This document shows, in pieces, positions 12,501-25,252 of a stretch of DNA of 64,000 bases (positions are counted from its first letter, which is position 1; every line of letters starts with the position of its first letter). Under the pieces are notes generated by a model. The model saw only the letters and a program-made list of their open reading frames with translations, had not been told where the DNA came from and did no database searches. Origin of the DNA: Vicugna vicugna (lineage: Eukaryota); the NCBI GenBank assembly GCA_013265495.1, contig MU061538.1:2129339-2193338 (forward strand), written 5' to 3'. A program made the translations under genes and the position numbers.

Positions 12501-13512
12501 CTTCCCTTCTCGAGGTGCCCTCAGTCGGGAGCCTGCCCTCTGTGTCCCCCATCCCAGGCATTTACTCAGTGCTTGTTAAATTTGTGTGAACATATCAGTA
12601 ACATCATTCGCTTGTAAGTTTTTCAAAAGAGCACTGCCCAGGGATCTTGTAAGTCAGATCCTTGTTGCCCAAGCTACCCACTTTGGCTTTACAAGTTAAT
12701 GTGCTTTCTTAACTCTCGTTATCGAGATTGGCTCTTAAGTTTTAAGAGCATATTTGGTCCCTGAAGCCAATAAATTTCTTTTAACTCACGTGGGAAAGAC
12801 CCAAACTTCTGAGGAAGCACCTGCACTGGCCCCCACCCCACGGCCCTCAGGTTTGCACAGCTGGTCTGTAATCCACCAGCTGAGAGAAGAGCTAGGACTG
12901 AGAGTGGCCGGTGGCATTCCTTCCCCTGCCCCCACCACATCTTCAGTCAGGCGTCAGAGGCCCCTGCACCCCTTCCAGGTGCTAGGAAGCTGTGGGCACC
13001 GGCCAGGGCTGGCTGGCCCCCTGGGGAGGACGACAGGGATCCCCGAGGATGCTCTCTAGAGCAGTGATGCTCTGGGGACTTGAGCTGATGCAGGAGAGAA
13101 GCGGCGTTCCAGGCAGAGCAGGGGCTGGGCCCAGCGATGGGCAGGCGAGGTGCGCTCTGGGAGGGGAGGGCGCGAGTGGGCAGAGCTGCAGGGGCGTCTG
13201 AGCAGCAGAGAACACAGCAAACGTTAGAGAGGTTCTACAGATGGCTGCGTGGCACATAGACCCCGGGTGGCAGACGGGGGCTGGAGACCAGCTGGGAGGG
13301 TCTGGTGTCCTCTGGGGGAGGAGAGGCGGAAACAGCACCAAGGGTGGCGGGGACGGCTCCCGGGGACCTGGCGACCAGCTGGATGCGGGCACGAAGGGAC
13401 GAGTCTGGGGTGACCGCTCCCTGGCCTGAGCCCCCAGGGGCACGCTGCTGCATCAGCCGGTCAGAAACACAGGGCAGGAGTGCAGAGTCTGGGGCAAGAG
13501 ACGAGTTTAGGG

Positions 13513-14100
13513 TTTGTTTCCAGTGGTGATAAGACACACACACTGTGATGTTTACCGACTTAACCGCTTTCAGGTGTGCGGTTCTGTGGCCGTAAGCACA
13601 TTTGCCTTGTCGTGTGGCCACCACCACCACTGTCTCCAGATTTTCCATCTTCCTAAACGGAAACTCTGTCCCCGTTAAACCCTGACTCCCCACTCCCCTC
13701 CCTCGGCCCCGGCCCCCACCGTCTGCTTCTGTCTTTCTGAGTCTGACCACTCTAGGGCCCTCATGTAAGTGGAATCGCACAGCATCTGTCCTTTTGGAGC
13801 TGGCCTGTTGCACTGAGCATCATGTCCTCAGTGTCCGTCCGTGTTGTGGCAGGTTCAGATGTCCTTCCGTTTGAAGGCCGAATCAATATTCCACTGTGTG
13901 GATGGACCACATTTTGCTTATCCGTTCATGCGTCCAAGGACGTCTGGGTGGTTTCCACCTCTTGGCTGCTGTGAATGTGCTCGTGAACGTGGCGCACAGA
14001 TACCTGCTGAGACCTTGCTTTCAAGGCCTCTGGGTGTTCACCCAGACACGGAATGCTGGGTCACACGCTAGTTCGAGTTTTTGTTTTTGAGGAACACCAC
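13513..14100 (-). mobile_element. Old L1 (L1MB-like) 3' end
   Basis: 'gaaactctgtccccgttaaac', 'cctcatgtaagtggaatc', 'ccacattttgcttatccgttcat' and 'ggtttccacctcttggctgctgtgaat' match the antisense L1MB 3'UTR/ORF2 end. Confidence 0.85.
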
Positions 14101-17100
14101 TGAGTGAGATGTTGGGGTGGGGGCCCCGGGGCAGGGGGCTGGGCTGGGCCGCTGGGAGCCCGTGAAGAGAGGGGTGGCTCTGACGAGGTGGAAGTCAGAA
14201 CTGCTGATTCCAGGGACGGGACAGCTGAGGGGCTGCACCTCAGAAGCCAGGCCGGTCGCAGGCCCTGCCGGCGTCACGCCTCGCAGGAGGGGCGGAGACA
14301 GATGCTCCAGATGGTTTGTCCGCTCCACGTGGCGAGGTCTCGGGCGCGTTCCGGAGCGGACGGCCTGGTGCGGGGCGTGCCGAGCTGCGTGAGGAGAGCA
14401 GGCCACTTCCACGCTCCCGTCTCCACAGCCACCCACGGGCGGGTCGTGACTGCCCCACCCACCTCGCAACGCCGGGGACAGAAGCATGTGAGACGTACTC
14501 CAAAGAGCTTTGTGCTTGTAAAGGACTTTCATCTTGAGCTATCACGCTGACATAAATGCTGCCTAGTAACGAATCCAAGCGGAAGACAACACAGCAGGGA
14601 AGTCTAAGGACGTGCCATGGGGGGGTCTCTCCCGTCAGCCCTCTGGTTCCCTGCCCCCCAGCACTGCCCCTGATTGTCCGTCCTTCTCCCCAACACTGAC
14701 TGAGACAGGAGGAAAAGGCAAGATTCTAAATCCGTTAGAATTAGCTCTGCACACCAGAAGAACTCCAAGTAAGAGCAGCGTGAAAAAGTGGAAGAAGATT
14801 CTCTCCCTCGTGGCCAAGCAGCCTGGAAGCACACTGTCCACGGCTAGCAGAGAGCCTCTCAGCTCAGGGAACAGCATTCCCTCTAAGCCCACTGTCCCAC
14901 CATGCTTGGCTTCCACTCGCAAGGCTACTTCATGGTCCCAGAGAGCTGCCAGAGCACCAGCTGGTGGGTTCACATTCCAGCCAGAAGGAGGAAAGGGCGA
15001 GGAAGGTGTTACCTTTAAGAACACTTCCTGAAAGCTTGGCAGGACAAGCCAAGTCCCCGCCATCTCATCGTCCTGAACTTGGACGTAGCCACAATTCACT
15101 GCCTGAGAGACGGGGAGATGGAGCCCTCCTTCCAGGCGGCCGCAGAGAGGGCCGCAAACCAGGGCTCCCGACAGAGGCAGACGGGGAACGGGGTTAGAGC
15201 CGGCTGCCAGACAGAGACATCTTAGAGTGATAAAAGCCGACAGCACTTTACTGCTGCTTGAGAGTCTTTGGGGAACAGACGAGGTGATAGTAAAAGAGGG
15301 CAGTGACGGACCGTGGCCCTTGAAAGAACAAGCGTGTCTGAGCCAGGTGGGAAGTGGCCTGTCACCGGGCAGCGACCCCCAAGCCTGGGGAAGAAGGACA
15401 ACACCGTGGCGTCTGGTCTCTGTGTTCAGACCCACAGTTGACCACAAACCCTCTTCCGATGTCCATGACGGACGTGAGTCAGAACCCTGACGGCTCAGCC
15501 GGCGCCAGCCCCCAGTGACACTGCAGAGGATGTTTCCCGGAGCGTGGGCTGCCTCCGCGTGACCTCCCACGCGCCTGCTCCCGTCAGTCCCCGCATAAGC
15601 TGCTGGTCCAGCTCCACTGTTAGCAGCATCAGGGCTGCTCTCCATGGTGTCCCGCTGGGAGCCACGCCCGCCTGCCGCAGCAGTGCCCGGGAGCCTTGCA
15701 GAGGAAGGAGACTCCGGTTCCGGCTCAGGCGCGGTCATCGGAACCGCCGGGTGCAGGCTCTGGAATGTTGTGTCTCCAAGAAACAGGCCATCAAGCCTGA
15801 GAAGCACGTCGCACTCCCACCTGCGCAGGGGACGGACGCCGCCCGGACAGACGCAGGTTTTCAATGAGAAGCGAAGCCCAGGGGTTCAGGGACAGAACTG
15901 ACGCTTACTGCCTTTTATTCCAGCGTTTTCTCTTTACGGTTATGTCACTGGAAGGGTTCAGGCGTGAGTCCGGGTCCGTCCCCACGCGGGGCCCTCGGCG
16001 GGAGCTGGTGCCGTCCACTGCACCGCCACCTCAGAGGCCATCGCAGAAGTCAGACGAGGCGCCAGCAAGGTGCACACTTGGTCAGGAGGCTGTGCCGGTG
16101 AGCCTCCTTTTCCATCCTTTTCCTTCCGGTGATTCTGAGTGTGCTGCGGTTTTGCATATTTCAGTTTTTCTTTAAGGATCCGCTGTGTGGTGGGTGGATA
16201 ACTGAGGCGTTCCGGGTGGGCGGGTGGTGCGGCTGCGTTTGGGCTCCCCGTGCGATTCCCTGATGAGTAAGAGGTTGAGCACCTGGTGCAGGTGGAGGCC
16301 TGCTACGCCAGGCTACATGACAGCCCGCAAGGCCAGCGAGGCCCAGAGACCAGAGTGCCGCACGCCTGCCCTCCCCGGCTTTGTTGCTGGGCTGCACATT
16401 CCCTCTAATTATGTGCAATCTGGCACCACCCACACTCCTCGAGAAATCCCATCCTGCCACACATCCCACATCTCCCAGGCCCGTGCGGGGCTGCTGTCTT
16501 GCCAGCGTGGTCTGGGGCTCTGACCACGGACTAGAGACCTGCCTTCCTCGCCCGCCACACGAGCCCTCGCTGGCGTCTCGTGCTTCCCTGGTTATCAGTA
16601 GGAGCACAAATATCACTGGCGGTTAAATCACTGAACATAAACAGCAGTGATGTTCTGGAGAGGCTGTTGTTCACTGACAGCAGAAGCCAGTGAACTTGGA
16701 TCTGTCCAGTGTGAATTCAAAAGCTACTTGAAGAAAAGTTCTTCCCTTTTTTTTCCCCACATGATGAAATGTCGGGAAGTGTTTGGTTAACAGAGTAAAA
16801 ACTTCTAGTAGGAAATAACTTGTGTTAGATCGCAGAACCTCCCAGACGAGTCTTGTGGGACACACACCTGGAAATACATTTACCAGGCCAGTCTCTTCAC
16901 ACTGGGCCAATTTCAGAATTTGTGTGCGTACAGATACCAGTCGGTCTGAGGCTGGCTTTATCGCTTTCAATGGCATGAGATTTGCCAGCAAATATCTCAG
17001 TCATTTGGCCATGTGTTTCAGGTTCCTCAAAAGCAGTTTAAAATGTCTGGACTGACATGTTAATTGATCAGAGCCCCAGGGCCCTGGAAGAGGCAGGACA

Positions 17101-17542
17101 GAGAGTGAGAGCAGTGGGCAGCGCCTGGGTCTGCGTCTGGGAGCTGCCTCCCGCTGCCTTGGTCCCTTGCCGCCTCGGAGCTGTTTTCTCACCTGTGAGG
17201 TGGGAGGGCAGTTACTTCAAAGGCACTGTCAAGACTGAACTGCGTAAATGTTTAAAGATGCCACCCCTGCTTCAGCTCTGCTAGCCAGAACTCGGTCTGT
17301 CTGCCCCAGGGAAGCAGGGAGGGGCATCAGGGATTCCTGCCATCAGTAGTATCAATGCTGCTGTTGTGCTGAGTTGATATAAAACGGGCAAGGAACAAAC
17401 AGACTGCCACAGAGAGGCATGAACACGAACCAGCCAAATGTTCGGCATGAAAGCGGGACAAACCTGAGCGCGGCCGCTTGTCCCCACCGGCAGTCCCCTC
17501 CGCCCCAGTGACGCAGTCCTGGTGAGAACCAGGGGGCCGTGT

Positions 17543-17683
17543 GTGTTTTGTTTTTTTTTTTAATTGGGCTTGCATTTTTACATATTTTATAAATTCTTAA
17601 TTTTTTTAAGGGAGGTACTGGGGATTGAACCCAGGACCTCGTGCATGCCAAGCACATGCTCCACCCCTGAGCTATACCCTCCC
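17543..17683 (-). mobile_element. Camelid-type tRNA-derived SINE
   Basis: Reverse complement reads GGAGGGTATAGCTCAGGGGTGGAGCATGTGCTTGGCATGCACGAGGTCCTGGGTTCAATCCCCAGTACCTCC plus an A-rich tail, with Pol III A and B boxes. Confidence 0.9.
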
Positions 17684-17689
17684 TCCATG

Positions 17690-18155
17690 TTTCCTTTTGC
17701 TGCCTTAATGAATCATCACAAATTCAACGGCTTGCAACAACACAGAGGAATGAACTTACAGTTCTGTAGTTCAGAAGTCCGGGCAGCTCTCACCTGGCTG
17801 AAAGCAAGGTGCTGGAGGGCTGGCTCCTTCTGCAGACTTCAGCAGAGAATCTGTCTCCTGGCCTTTTCCAACCTTAGGGGCAGCCCACGTTCCTTGGCTC
17901 CAGGTCCCGTCTGTCTTCAAAGCCAGCAGCAGTGTCTCCAGCCCCTGCTTCTGCCCTCACACCTTCCTCTGACTCTTCTTCTGCCTCCCTCTTCCCCTTT
18001 GAAGACTCCTGGCAAGTCTCCCCACTTGACGTCATCTACTGGCCCCCTTAATTCCATCTGCATCATGCATTGCCTTTTCCCACGTAACCTCAGGTGCTCA
18101 CAGGTTCCGGGAATCAGGACGGGGATGACGCTGGGAGCCGTTATTCTGGCGACCC
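17690..18155 (-). mobile_element. MaLR solo LTR, MLT1D-like
   Basis: 'ttacagttctgtagttcagaagtcc', 'tcttcaaagccagca', 'ccttaattccatctgca' and 'tcacaggttccgggaatcaggac'. Confidence 0.85.
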
Positions 18156-19737
18156 CGGGAGTGAACTTGGGTGATGCCATCTGAGCTTCTGCTGGTTAGG
18201 ACACAGAGATCACGTGGCTTTGCCGAAGTAGCCGCTGCGGCCAGTCTGGAATAATGATGTCTGTCCGTCAGTTTGAGGCTCTGGTCAAGCATTTGATTCC
18301 TTGCTCTGGAGATGTCCCTTCTTGTTAAATCTCTGGGAACTCTGTGCTTTGCAGTGGATGGGGCCAGTTTATCTTCACTGAGGCCCTCGTCTGTGCCTGT
18401 GATGCCAGTCTCAGTGATGGAGAGCCAGGGCCAGGCTCTTGTTCCTCCAGAAGGCCGACTCCAGGGCCAGAAACGTACGGAGGTCTGGGCACCCTGCTAA
18501 GTCTGCAGCAGTGTCCTGGGGTGTGCGTGCTGGGCCAACAGTGTCTGAATCCCAGGGGTGCTGGGTCGATGGGCAGAGCTCTGCTGCCCGGCCCAGCCCC
18601 GCGGAGGCCGGGTGGGGCTGGGAAGCTGCAGTCTTCTACCATCTTCCCGTGTGACTCACGCATGGTGGACTCTGACAGCCATCCGCGGGTAGACAGAGCC
18701 CCGGCAAGTCAGCCAGGCGGGCGGCGCTATTGAACAGGAGCGGGGGCGGGGGAGCTGTGGTGGCCTCGCTGGCCCGTGTTCTTCAAAAAGCGCATCTGGA
18801 TGTGCGGTCACCTCCACTCCACCTGGTGTGACGTGGACTCGGGGTGAGGGTGACCCCTCCCGAGTTCCCGAGCCTTGGATTGAAGAAGTAAGGACGTGCG
18901 GTAGCCAGGGTGTGCCTCGGACAGCAGGCCCTCCATGTGGTCTTATCGTGAGGGTTTGGGGTGGAACGGGCCGTTCTTGGCGCCATTGAAGGAAGGGCCG
19001 CCTCCCAGGAGCCCCGCCTCCTCCCTCAGCGCCCTGCAGCGTCTCCTGCTTCTCTCTCTGGTTTACGGACATGATGATTTTCTGGTCTTTTTCACTGTAA
19101 GATTCATGGGCTTCTCCTGTGCCAGTAAAAGCCCGTCCTGCACATAACTCACGAGGACCAGACTCTGCCGTCACTGACCCCAGCACCCTCAGCTGGGTCT
19201 TTAGGGGGACGACACAGTCTGGCTGACCGAGGCTGTTTGTCCCCACGGGTGGAAACGATGGTGGGTGGCGGACAGTGCTGAGTTACCTGACACGGACTAC
19301 GCCCTGCTCCACCTGCGAGGAAGTGTTCCAGACTGACGTCGTTCGGGGTGGGTGTCGTGCAGAGTTGCCCAGATAACCAGGATTTAACTGGTTTCAGCAC
19401 GATCAGTGACGCCGACCCCACAAAGAATGCCGGTGGGTACAGGGTCAGGCAGCTCGTTGGCCGGACCACGTGGCCCGTCACCAGCTGTTTGCTCGGGCAG
19501 ATGAGAAGCGGGGAGGGTGCAGAGGAACGTCACTCCCGGAGGGGGTGGCATCATGGAGTCTGAGAGTGCAAGGAGGGCTGGGGCAGGAGTGGGCCGGGGA
19601 GCCAGTGCTTTAAGTTTTTCTCCGCTTTTCTGTCAGTACGGGATTGAGCCAGGACCCCTGGCGCCGTGGCTCAGCCTCGCGTCTCCGCCCGGGGAAGTCA
19701 AGCTCCGTCTGCCGCGAGTGCTTGAAGCTCACTGTTC

Positions 19738-20070
19738 TTTTATTATTGGTTACATTTTTAAACAGCTTAGTCGAGACACAGTTGACATACAACGCTGAGT
19801 CAGTTTCCGGTGTGCGGCTAATGACTTGCTCTCTGTGCATACTGAGAAATGATCCCTACAGTAAGCTTAGCTGGTGTCTCACCTCACACAGACGTGTCTT
19901 CTATTTTCCTTGTGACGAGGCCTTGTAAGACCGGCTCTCAGCAACTTTCAAACATGAAATGCAGTCTGTCAACTGAGTCGCCAGGCTGTACACACGACCA
20001 CGACTTACGCGTCTGATAACTGGAGGTCTGTGCCTTTGACCCCGCCCCCTCCCCGCCCCCATATGACCAG
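19738..20070 (-). mobile_element. Old L1 (L1MA9-like) 3' terminus
   Basis: 'agttgacatacaac', 'ctctcagcaactttcaa' and 'ataactggaggtctgtgcctttgacc' resemble the antisense L1MA 3' end. Confidence 0.75.
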
Positions 20071-22089
20071 CGTGGCTCGGCGTGGGCTGTCCCGGAGGCC
20101 CCTGTGGCCGAGGGGTGGGAGGGTCGCCACCCTCGCTCTTCAGAACAAAACCCCAGCTCGCTCTCCTCTCTTGTCCCCCACGTCCCACCAGCCAGGTGCC
20201 CACTGGTGCCCACCTGGCCCCACCCCGACCCCCCGCCCGTGCCCGGCCTGCCCCCTGCACCCCACGTGGTCAGTTCCCGCAGCCTTCCCTTTCACTGTGA
20301 ACTGGTGCCTTTGGTTAAAAGGCGACGACACTTTCCGCAGACAGCTTAGGTGGAGAGACTGTCACAGGGAAAGGTTCTCCAGGAACCTAGGGTGGGAGGC
20401 ACTGCCTTGGGCTGGGCAGGGCCTGGGGAGCCCCTGAAGCCAGGACAATGCCCCCTTCCTTCCCTAATCTCTCCCTGCCTCCCCGTCTCTCCAGCTCTCC
20501 GTCTCTGCTCTTCTCTGTGTCTCTGTTCGACTCCCTTTGTGCTCTGCACACCCACCCCTCTGGCCAGCTGCCCCCTGGTGGCTTCCCAGGATAGGGTCCT
20601 CAGAGCCTGGCCCTGGCCCCGCTCGGATGGTCTCCGGGTGGTGGCCGACCCGCCCAGGTGTCCACCCTGGGCCAGGTCAGCCGGCCTGCCTGGCCCGGCT
20701 GCAGCACCGACTCAGCAGATGGCCCTCGAGGACAGTCAGAGCCCCCACCCGGCAGAGCACTCAGCGAGGAAGGGCCCTGCCTCTGAACCCCCGCACCTCC
20801 TTCCTTTGCCCGCTGCCCTCACCGCCCACAGGCCGTCAGCAGCTTGGGTGTGAAAAGGCCTGGAGACCGGCTCTGGCCTGGCGCCCCCTCCAGCCACTGC
20901 CCGGGTGGCCCAGCGCTCATATCAGTCCATACGGCAATGGGGCCCGTGGCCGGGGGCACAGGGCCTCGGCCCTTTCTCTCCTCCTGGGAGCTTCCCTGCT
21001 GCGCACGGGGAGCAGTGTTGAACCCTGGAGTCCTTTATGCACCTTCCACCCCTCCCTGTGGAGGTTCTGCAAATATTGACCAAGTCCTTCTGTTTCAGAA
21101 ACTTTTTAAAAAAGAGCCACAGCAAAATACAGGGTGGGCCTTGGGGGGCCCCTCTGCTGGTGACTTCAGTTTACTGCTGCAGCAGAGCAGAAAGCCAGCA
21201 CTGCTCCCCGAATTAGATGGAACAGGTGTGTTGCTTAGCACCCAGGGGTCGTTCCTCTGCGGATGGTCTGTGCACATGAAAGTCGCAGGAAAAGCGCACG
21301 GGGAGGGAGTGGGAGGCTGTCCCCTTCCCTCCCAGCCAGCCGCCCCTCCCAAAGCTTTCTGGAACTTTCTTCCAGAGGTGGAAGGAGAGCTTCCCGATGC
21401 TGCTCAGGTGATGTGTATTCATGGCCATGCTCGGTTCCTCCCGGGCTTATTTCTGCAAACCCTTCCAGGGTTGTTAAGGAACATCTGAAAGGCTGCGGCC
21501 CTGAGCTTTGATCTGACTGCTTAATTGCCTTTACTAATCACACCAACATCAAGCGGATAAAAATAGCCCCCAGGATGGCGGGTGGGGGCGGCAGGGCTGA
21601 GGTCTCGCTGACTCCCACTGGCAGCCTGAAATCATCGCTCTAATGAAATGAGCTTACCATGACCGCCAGAGCTGAGCAAACATCCTGACCTCAGGTCTGG
21701 AGTATTTACCTACAGAGGAGCCGAAAGAGAACGGGGAGGCACTTCCCAGAAAAGATTTCAAGTTATTTTCCCAAGTGCTCTGTTCCCTCTCTCCTCCCCC
21801 CGCCTCCCCTGCCTCTCAGTGTTTTCTCTTAAAGCAAAGCTTCTGAATAAAAGGCTTCTGTTTTGGAGTATTGACTAGTGCTTCTTTGTAAAATCAGGCT
21901 TGAGATTTACCTCCTGCAGGAAGGCTTCCAGGATTACTCTCATATCTTTCTGATGAACTCATCAATTCTCTCTGCCCTTATGCAGTAAGTCTGGAATATG
22001 CTGTTTTGTCTTTACACGTAAATTCCTTTATAACTTGTTTTATTTAATGGGGGGGTAGGTTAAAGCTCTGCTTTGTGATTCTCTGCTCA

Positions 22090-22262
22090 CTGAGGTGTGG
22101 TCCATTTACAGTGTGTTAATGTCTGGTCTGGTGCATAGTGATTCAGTTACACAAATACACATGTGTGTGCCTTTTCAGATTCTTTTCCGCTGTAGGTCAC
22201 TACAAGGTGGTGAGTATAGTTCCCTGTGCTGTGTAGTAGGACGCGGTTGTTTATCTGTAACT
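22090..22262 (-). mobile_element. Cetartiodactyl L1 3' terminal fragment
   Basis: 'gcatagtgattcagtta...cttttcagattcttttcc...tatagttccctgtgctgtgtagtagga' is homologous to 48380-48540. Confidence 0.85.
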
Positions 22263-24039
22263 TATTTTAGACGCATCATGCATGCACATTTCAGCTTTCC
22301 AAATAGACTTTGTGTTGTATCGGGTCTGAAACGGTGTTTTTCATCTGTTTCCCACTTCCCCAAATGGAGCTCATGTCACCTGTCAAATAGGCAGCTTCCT
22401 AAGAACCTTGGTGTCCGGGTGAGTGGCGCCATCATCTCCCAGCCTCCCAGGCCTGCAGCCCTAGGCTAGAAAGGCCGAGTTATGCCTGATTAGAATAATT
22501 AGTCTTCTTTGTGTCTAACTTCCAGTCAGGCACCAAATCCTCAAAATTCTCTTTTCTCACTAATGGAGTCACTGGCACCCTGACTTCTGTCGCAAACCAG
22601 GAGAAATTTCCTCATTTCCAGGAGGCAACTGGGGTCTGGGGCATCTATGCCACGTGGCTGGGCTCACCCAGCTTTGGAGAGGAGCAGATGTGGACAGGGA
22701 GGCACTGGGGGAAGGACACACATCACAGCAGGTCACTCAGGAGGAAGGGGCTCGGCTCCCAGCACGTGCTTGTCCTTGCTAACTGTGCTAACCGGAGGGC
22801 AAGCAAGAAAGTCGGTCCTCAGCGGAGGTCAGCGTTGGAAGCTGGTGGAGCATCCTCGCCCATGCACACTGACATTGACACCCAGACACACTCCAGGCCA
22901 GCACGGGAACAGGATTTCACACCCCTGACCTCTATGTGGAAACACCCATGACCAGCAGCTTCAGAGAAAGCAGGGACGCTGTGAGCTTGGGGTTTGGAGC
23001 CGACATCTTCTCCTTTGACCTTGGGGTGAAGGACAGGCCTTGGGAGCAGCTGGTCTGAAAGCTGCCTTTGATCTCCCAGGACTGGGCTCTGCCACTGGGG
23101 CCTGTGAGCCCCCTCCCAGGCACTGGACTCCTGCCCTGGCCAGTGAGGCTCCTTGTCTGTCGGAAGGGCCAAAGCTACCAGAGGAGCAGGTAACGAGTGG
23201 GAGGGGCTTTGCAGAGTCAACAGCCTTTCAGACATTTTGAGATATCTTCCTAGTTTAAGATTTAGTAGCTCTGAGTGACATGCATGTCAATGCGGAAAAA
23301 GAAACCAGGTTTAATTCCGTTAGATTAGAGACACCCCCGCCATGAAATCGCTCCACCTCACCCTGAGATGCTCTTTAACCCACCCGCAGCTTCATAGAGA
23401 AACGGCCTCAGTCCTTGTGTCACCCTGTCTGTGCCTCCACCACGAACGAGCAGGTGGCTCCCTGGTGCCTGGACCACCCCGCGGACACACCACTGCTGGC
23501 CATGCTAGGCCACCACGGGGTGCACAGAACAGCCGGGTGGTGAGTATCTGATGCACCGCGGGTATCCTTCTGTCCCCAGTACCAGGGCCCTAAGAGTTTC
23601 TGGCAGAGCCGGCAGCACCGCCCCGCCACCCATGCGAGGCGAGAACACAGCGGGAACTCCTCGCCATGCCGGGCGGCCGGGTGCATGTTCCGCCTTGGGT
23701 TCACGGATGGTCAGGCCCAGCTTTTCAGTCCTCCTGACACTGACCACGGGAGACAAAGCCATGGGTTCTGATTGTCTCGGCTCCCGATCTCCTAAAGGTC
23801 CAGCGTCTGGAGGTCCTCTCATGCACGGGGGAGGGCCCGAGGAGAGCGCTTGGTGGTGGGCCGGGACCGTCCTTGGGTGATGGACACTCCTGCCGGGCTC
23901 ATTCCTGGGCTGCTGGCTCGGAGCGCCGCAAGCCGGCCAGCTCACCGCAGCGGAGACCTACTGCTGGCCAGCGGCGCCCTCCTGGAGGGCGTGGGGGCAC
24001 CCGGTGCCGCCTCTCCTAGCTCCCGGTGGGGGCCGTCCA

Positions 24040-24272
24040 CCCTCCGCCTGGGGCTTCCTCACTGCCTGTCCCCACACGGCCCTGTCCTCTCTGGGTCTCA
24101 GATCTCCCTGTCCTTTCTCTTATAAGGACACCAGGGACTGGACTTGGGGCCCACCCTAAATCCAGATCTTAACTTGACATCTGTCAAGACCCTATTCTCA
24201 AATAAGGTCGCACTCACAAGTCCTGGAGCTAGGGTTGGACATCACTTTGGGGACCCCTATTCCACCCGCCAC
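24040..24272 (-). mobile_element. MLT1 LTR fragment
   Basis: 'tcttataaggacacca...ggggcccaccctaaatccag...aagaccctattctcaaataaggtcgcactcaca'. Confidence 0.8.
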
Positions 24273-25089
24273 GCTGGCCCTTGGGCTCACGAGCTTGGAC
24301 ATCAACTCTCTGGGCGACCTAAATGGGGCTGCACGTGGTCTGTGTCCTGCTGTTTGGGGACTCACTCCTGCCCTCCAGGGGCTTGTCCTGCCTCATCCCA
24401 GGAGGGGCCGTTCGGTGCGTGCTGAGCCAGGAGTGCCACCTCCAGGCGCTGGGATGTGTGCTGACTCCGTAAGTGACAGACATGGCTGGCCTGGCCCCAG
24501 GTGGCTCACATTCGGTCTGAGGACCTCCACGTGCAGAGAGTAAAGGCGCCTTTAACCCTTTGACCCTTTAACCGGGTCAGTCGAGGAACAGGCGTCTGAA
24601 CACAACCCACAGGGAGAAGCGCTACCACGTGCGCTGCCTCGTGCTTCGTGGGGCCAAACCTCCGGAATGTCTGACGCACTGAACAGGTGGTCTGAGGACG
24701 CCTCCGGGGCGGAAGAGCCAGGAATGGGGGATAGACCAAGACTGGAAAGTTCAGGCTCATTTTAATGTGTCAATGACTGTAGCAGACTCTTAACAGAGGT
24801 TTTGGCTGGTTGGTTAATTGAAAAAGTTGTGAAAGCTAGAAGCAACTTCTTTTTTCCCACAGACATATAAATGTCTTGTTTAAATTTCAAACATAAAAAT
24901 GTAACTTTCACCTTCGTATTTTTAGCGTGCCGGGCCGCAGCCTCCCCCTGGAGTGCGTGTCCCCTGACGGGCGTTCCCCGCCCTCCCCTGTGCAAACCGT
25001 GCCTGCGATCTTGGTCTGGGGCCCCCAGCGTGGGTCAGTCTGAGTGTGGTGACCTTCCTGAGAGGCACAGGACAACAACTGCGTCCTGG

Positions 25090-25252
25090 GGAGGGACGAG
25101 AGGGACTCACTGCTGAAGGCACTGGGTGCTTTCACAGGTTCTGGAATGTTCTCCATCTTAAACCACACGGTGGTCACAGAGTAAGAATTCACCAAGCTGC
25201 ACATTTAAGATCAGCTTTGCGCATCTTCTACCTCAGTACAAAACTTTTAAAA
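25090..25252 (+). mobile_element. Old L1 (L1MC/ME) 3' end fragment
   Basis: 'tggaatgttctccatctt...ggtggtcaca...aattcaccaagctgcacatttaaga...tacctca'. Confidence 0.6.

Noticed and set aside
14635..15864. 409-aa minus-strand ORF, the longest in the track
   Set aside because: Non-ATG start, no recognisable domain, and a G/P/A/R/S-rich composition typical of chance ORFs in GC-rich DNA.
16760..16950. C box (ATGATGA) with a downstream CTGA, suggesting a C/D snoRNA
   Set aside because: No terminal stem and no recognisable antisense element; both motifs are short.
17610..17683. tRNA-like sequence (also at 49360-49432)
   Set aside because: SINE head with an A-rich tail and mutated stems, not a tRNA gene.
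17564..18184. 206-aa ORF
   Set aside because: Composed of antisense SINE plus MLT1 sequence.
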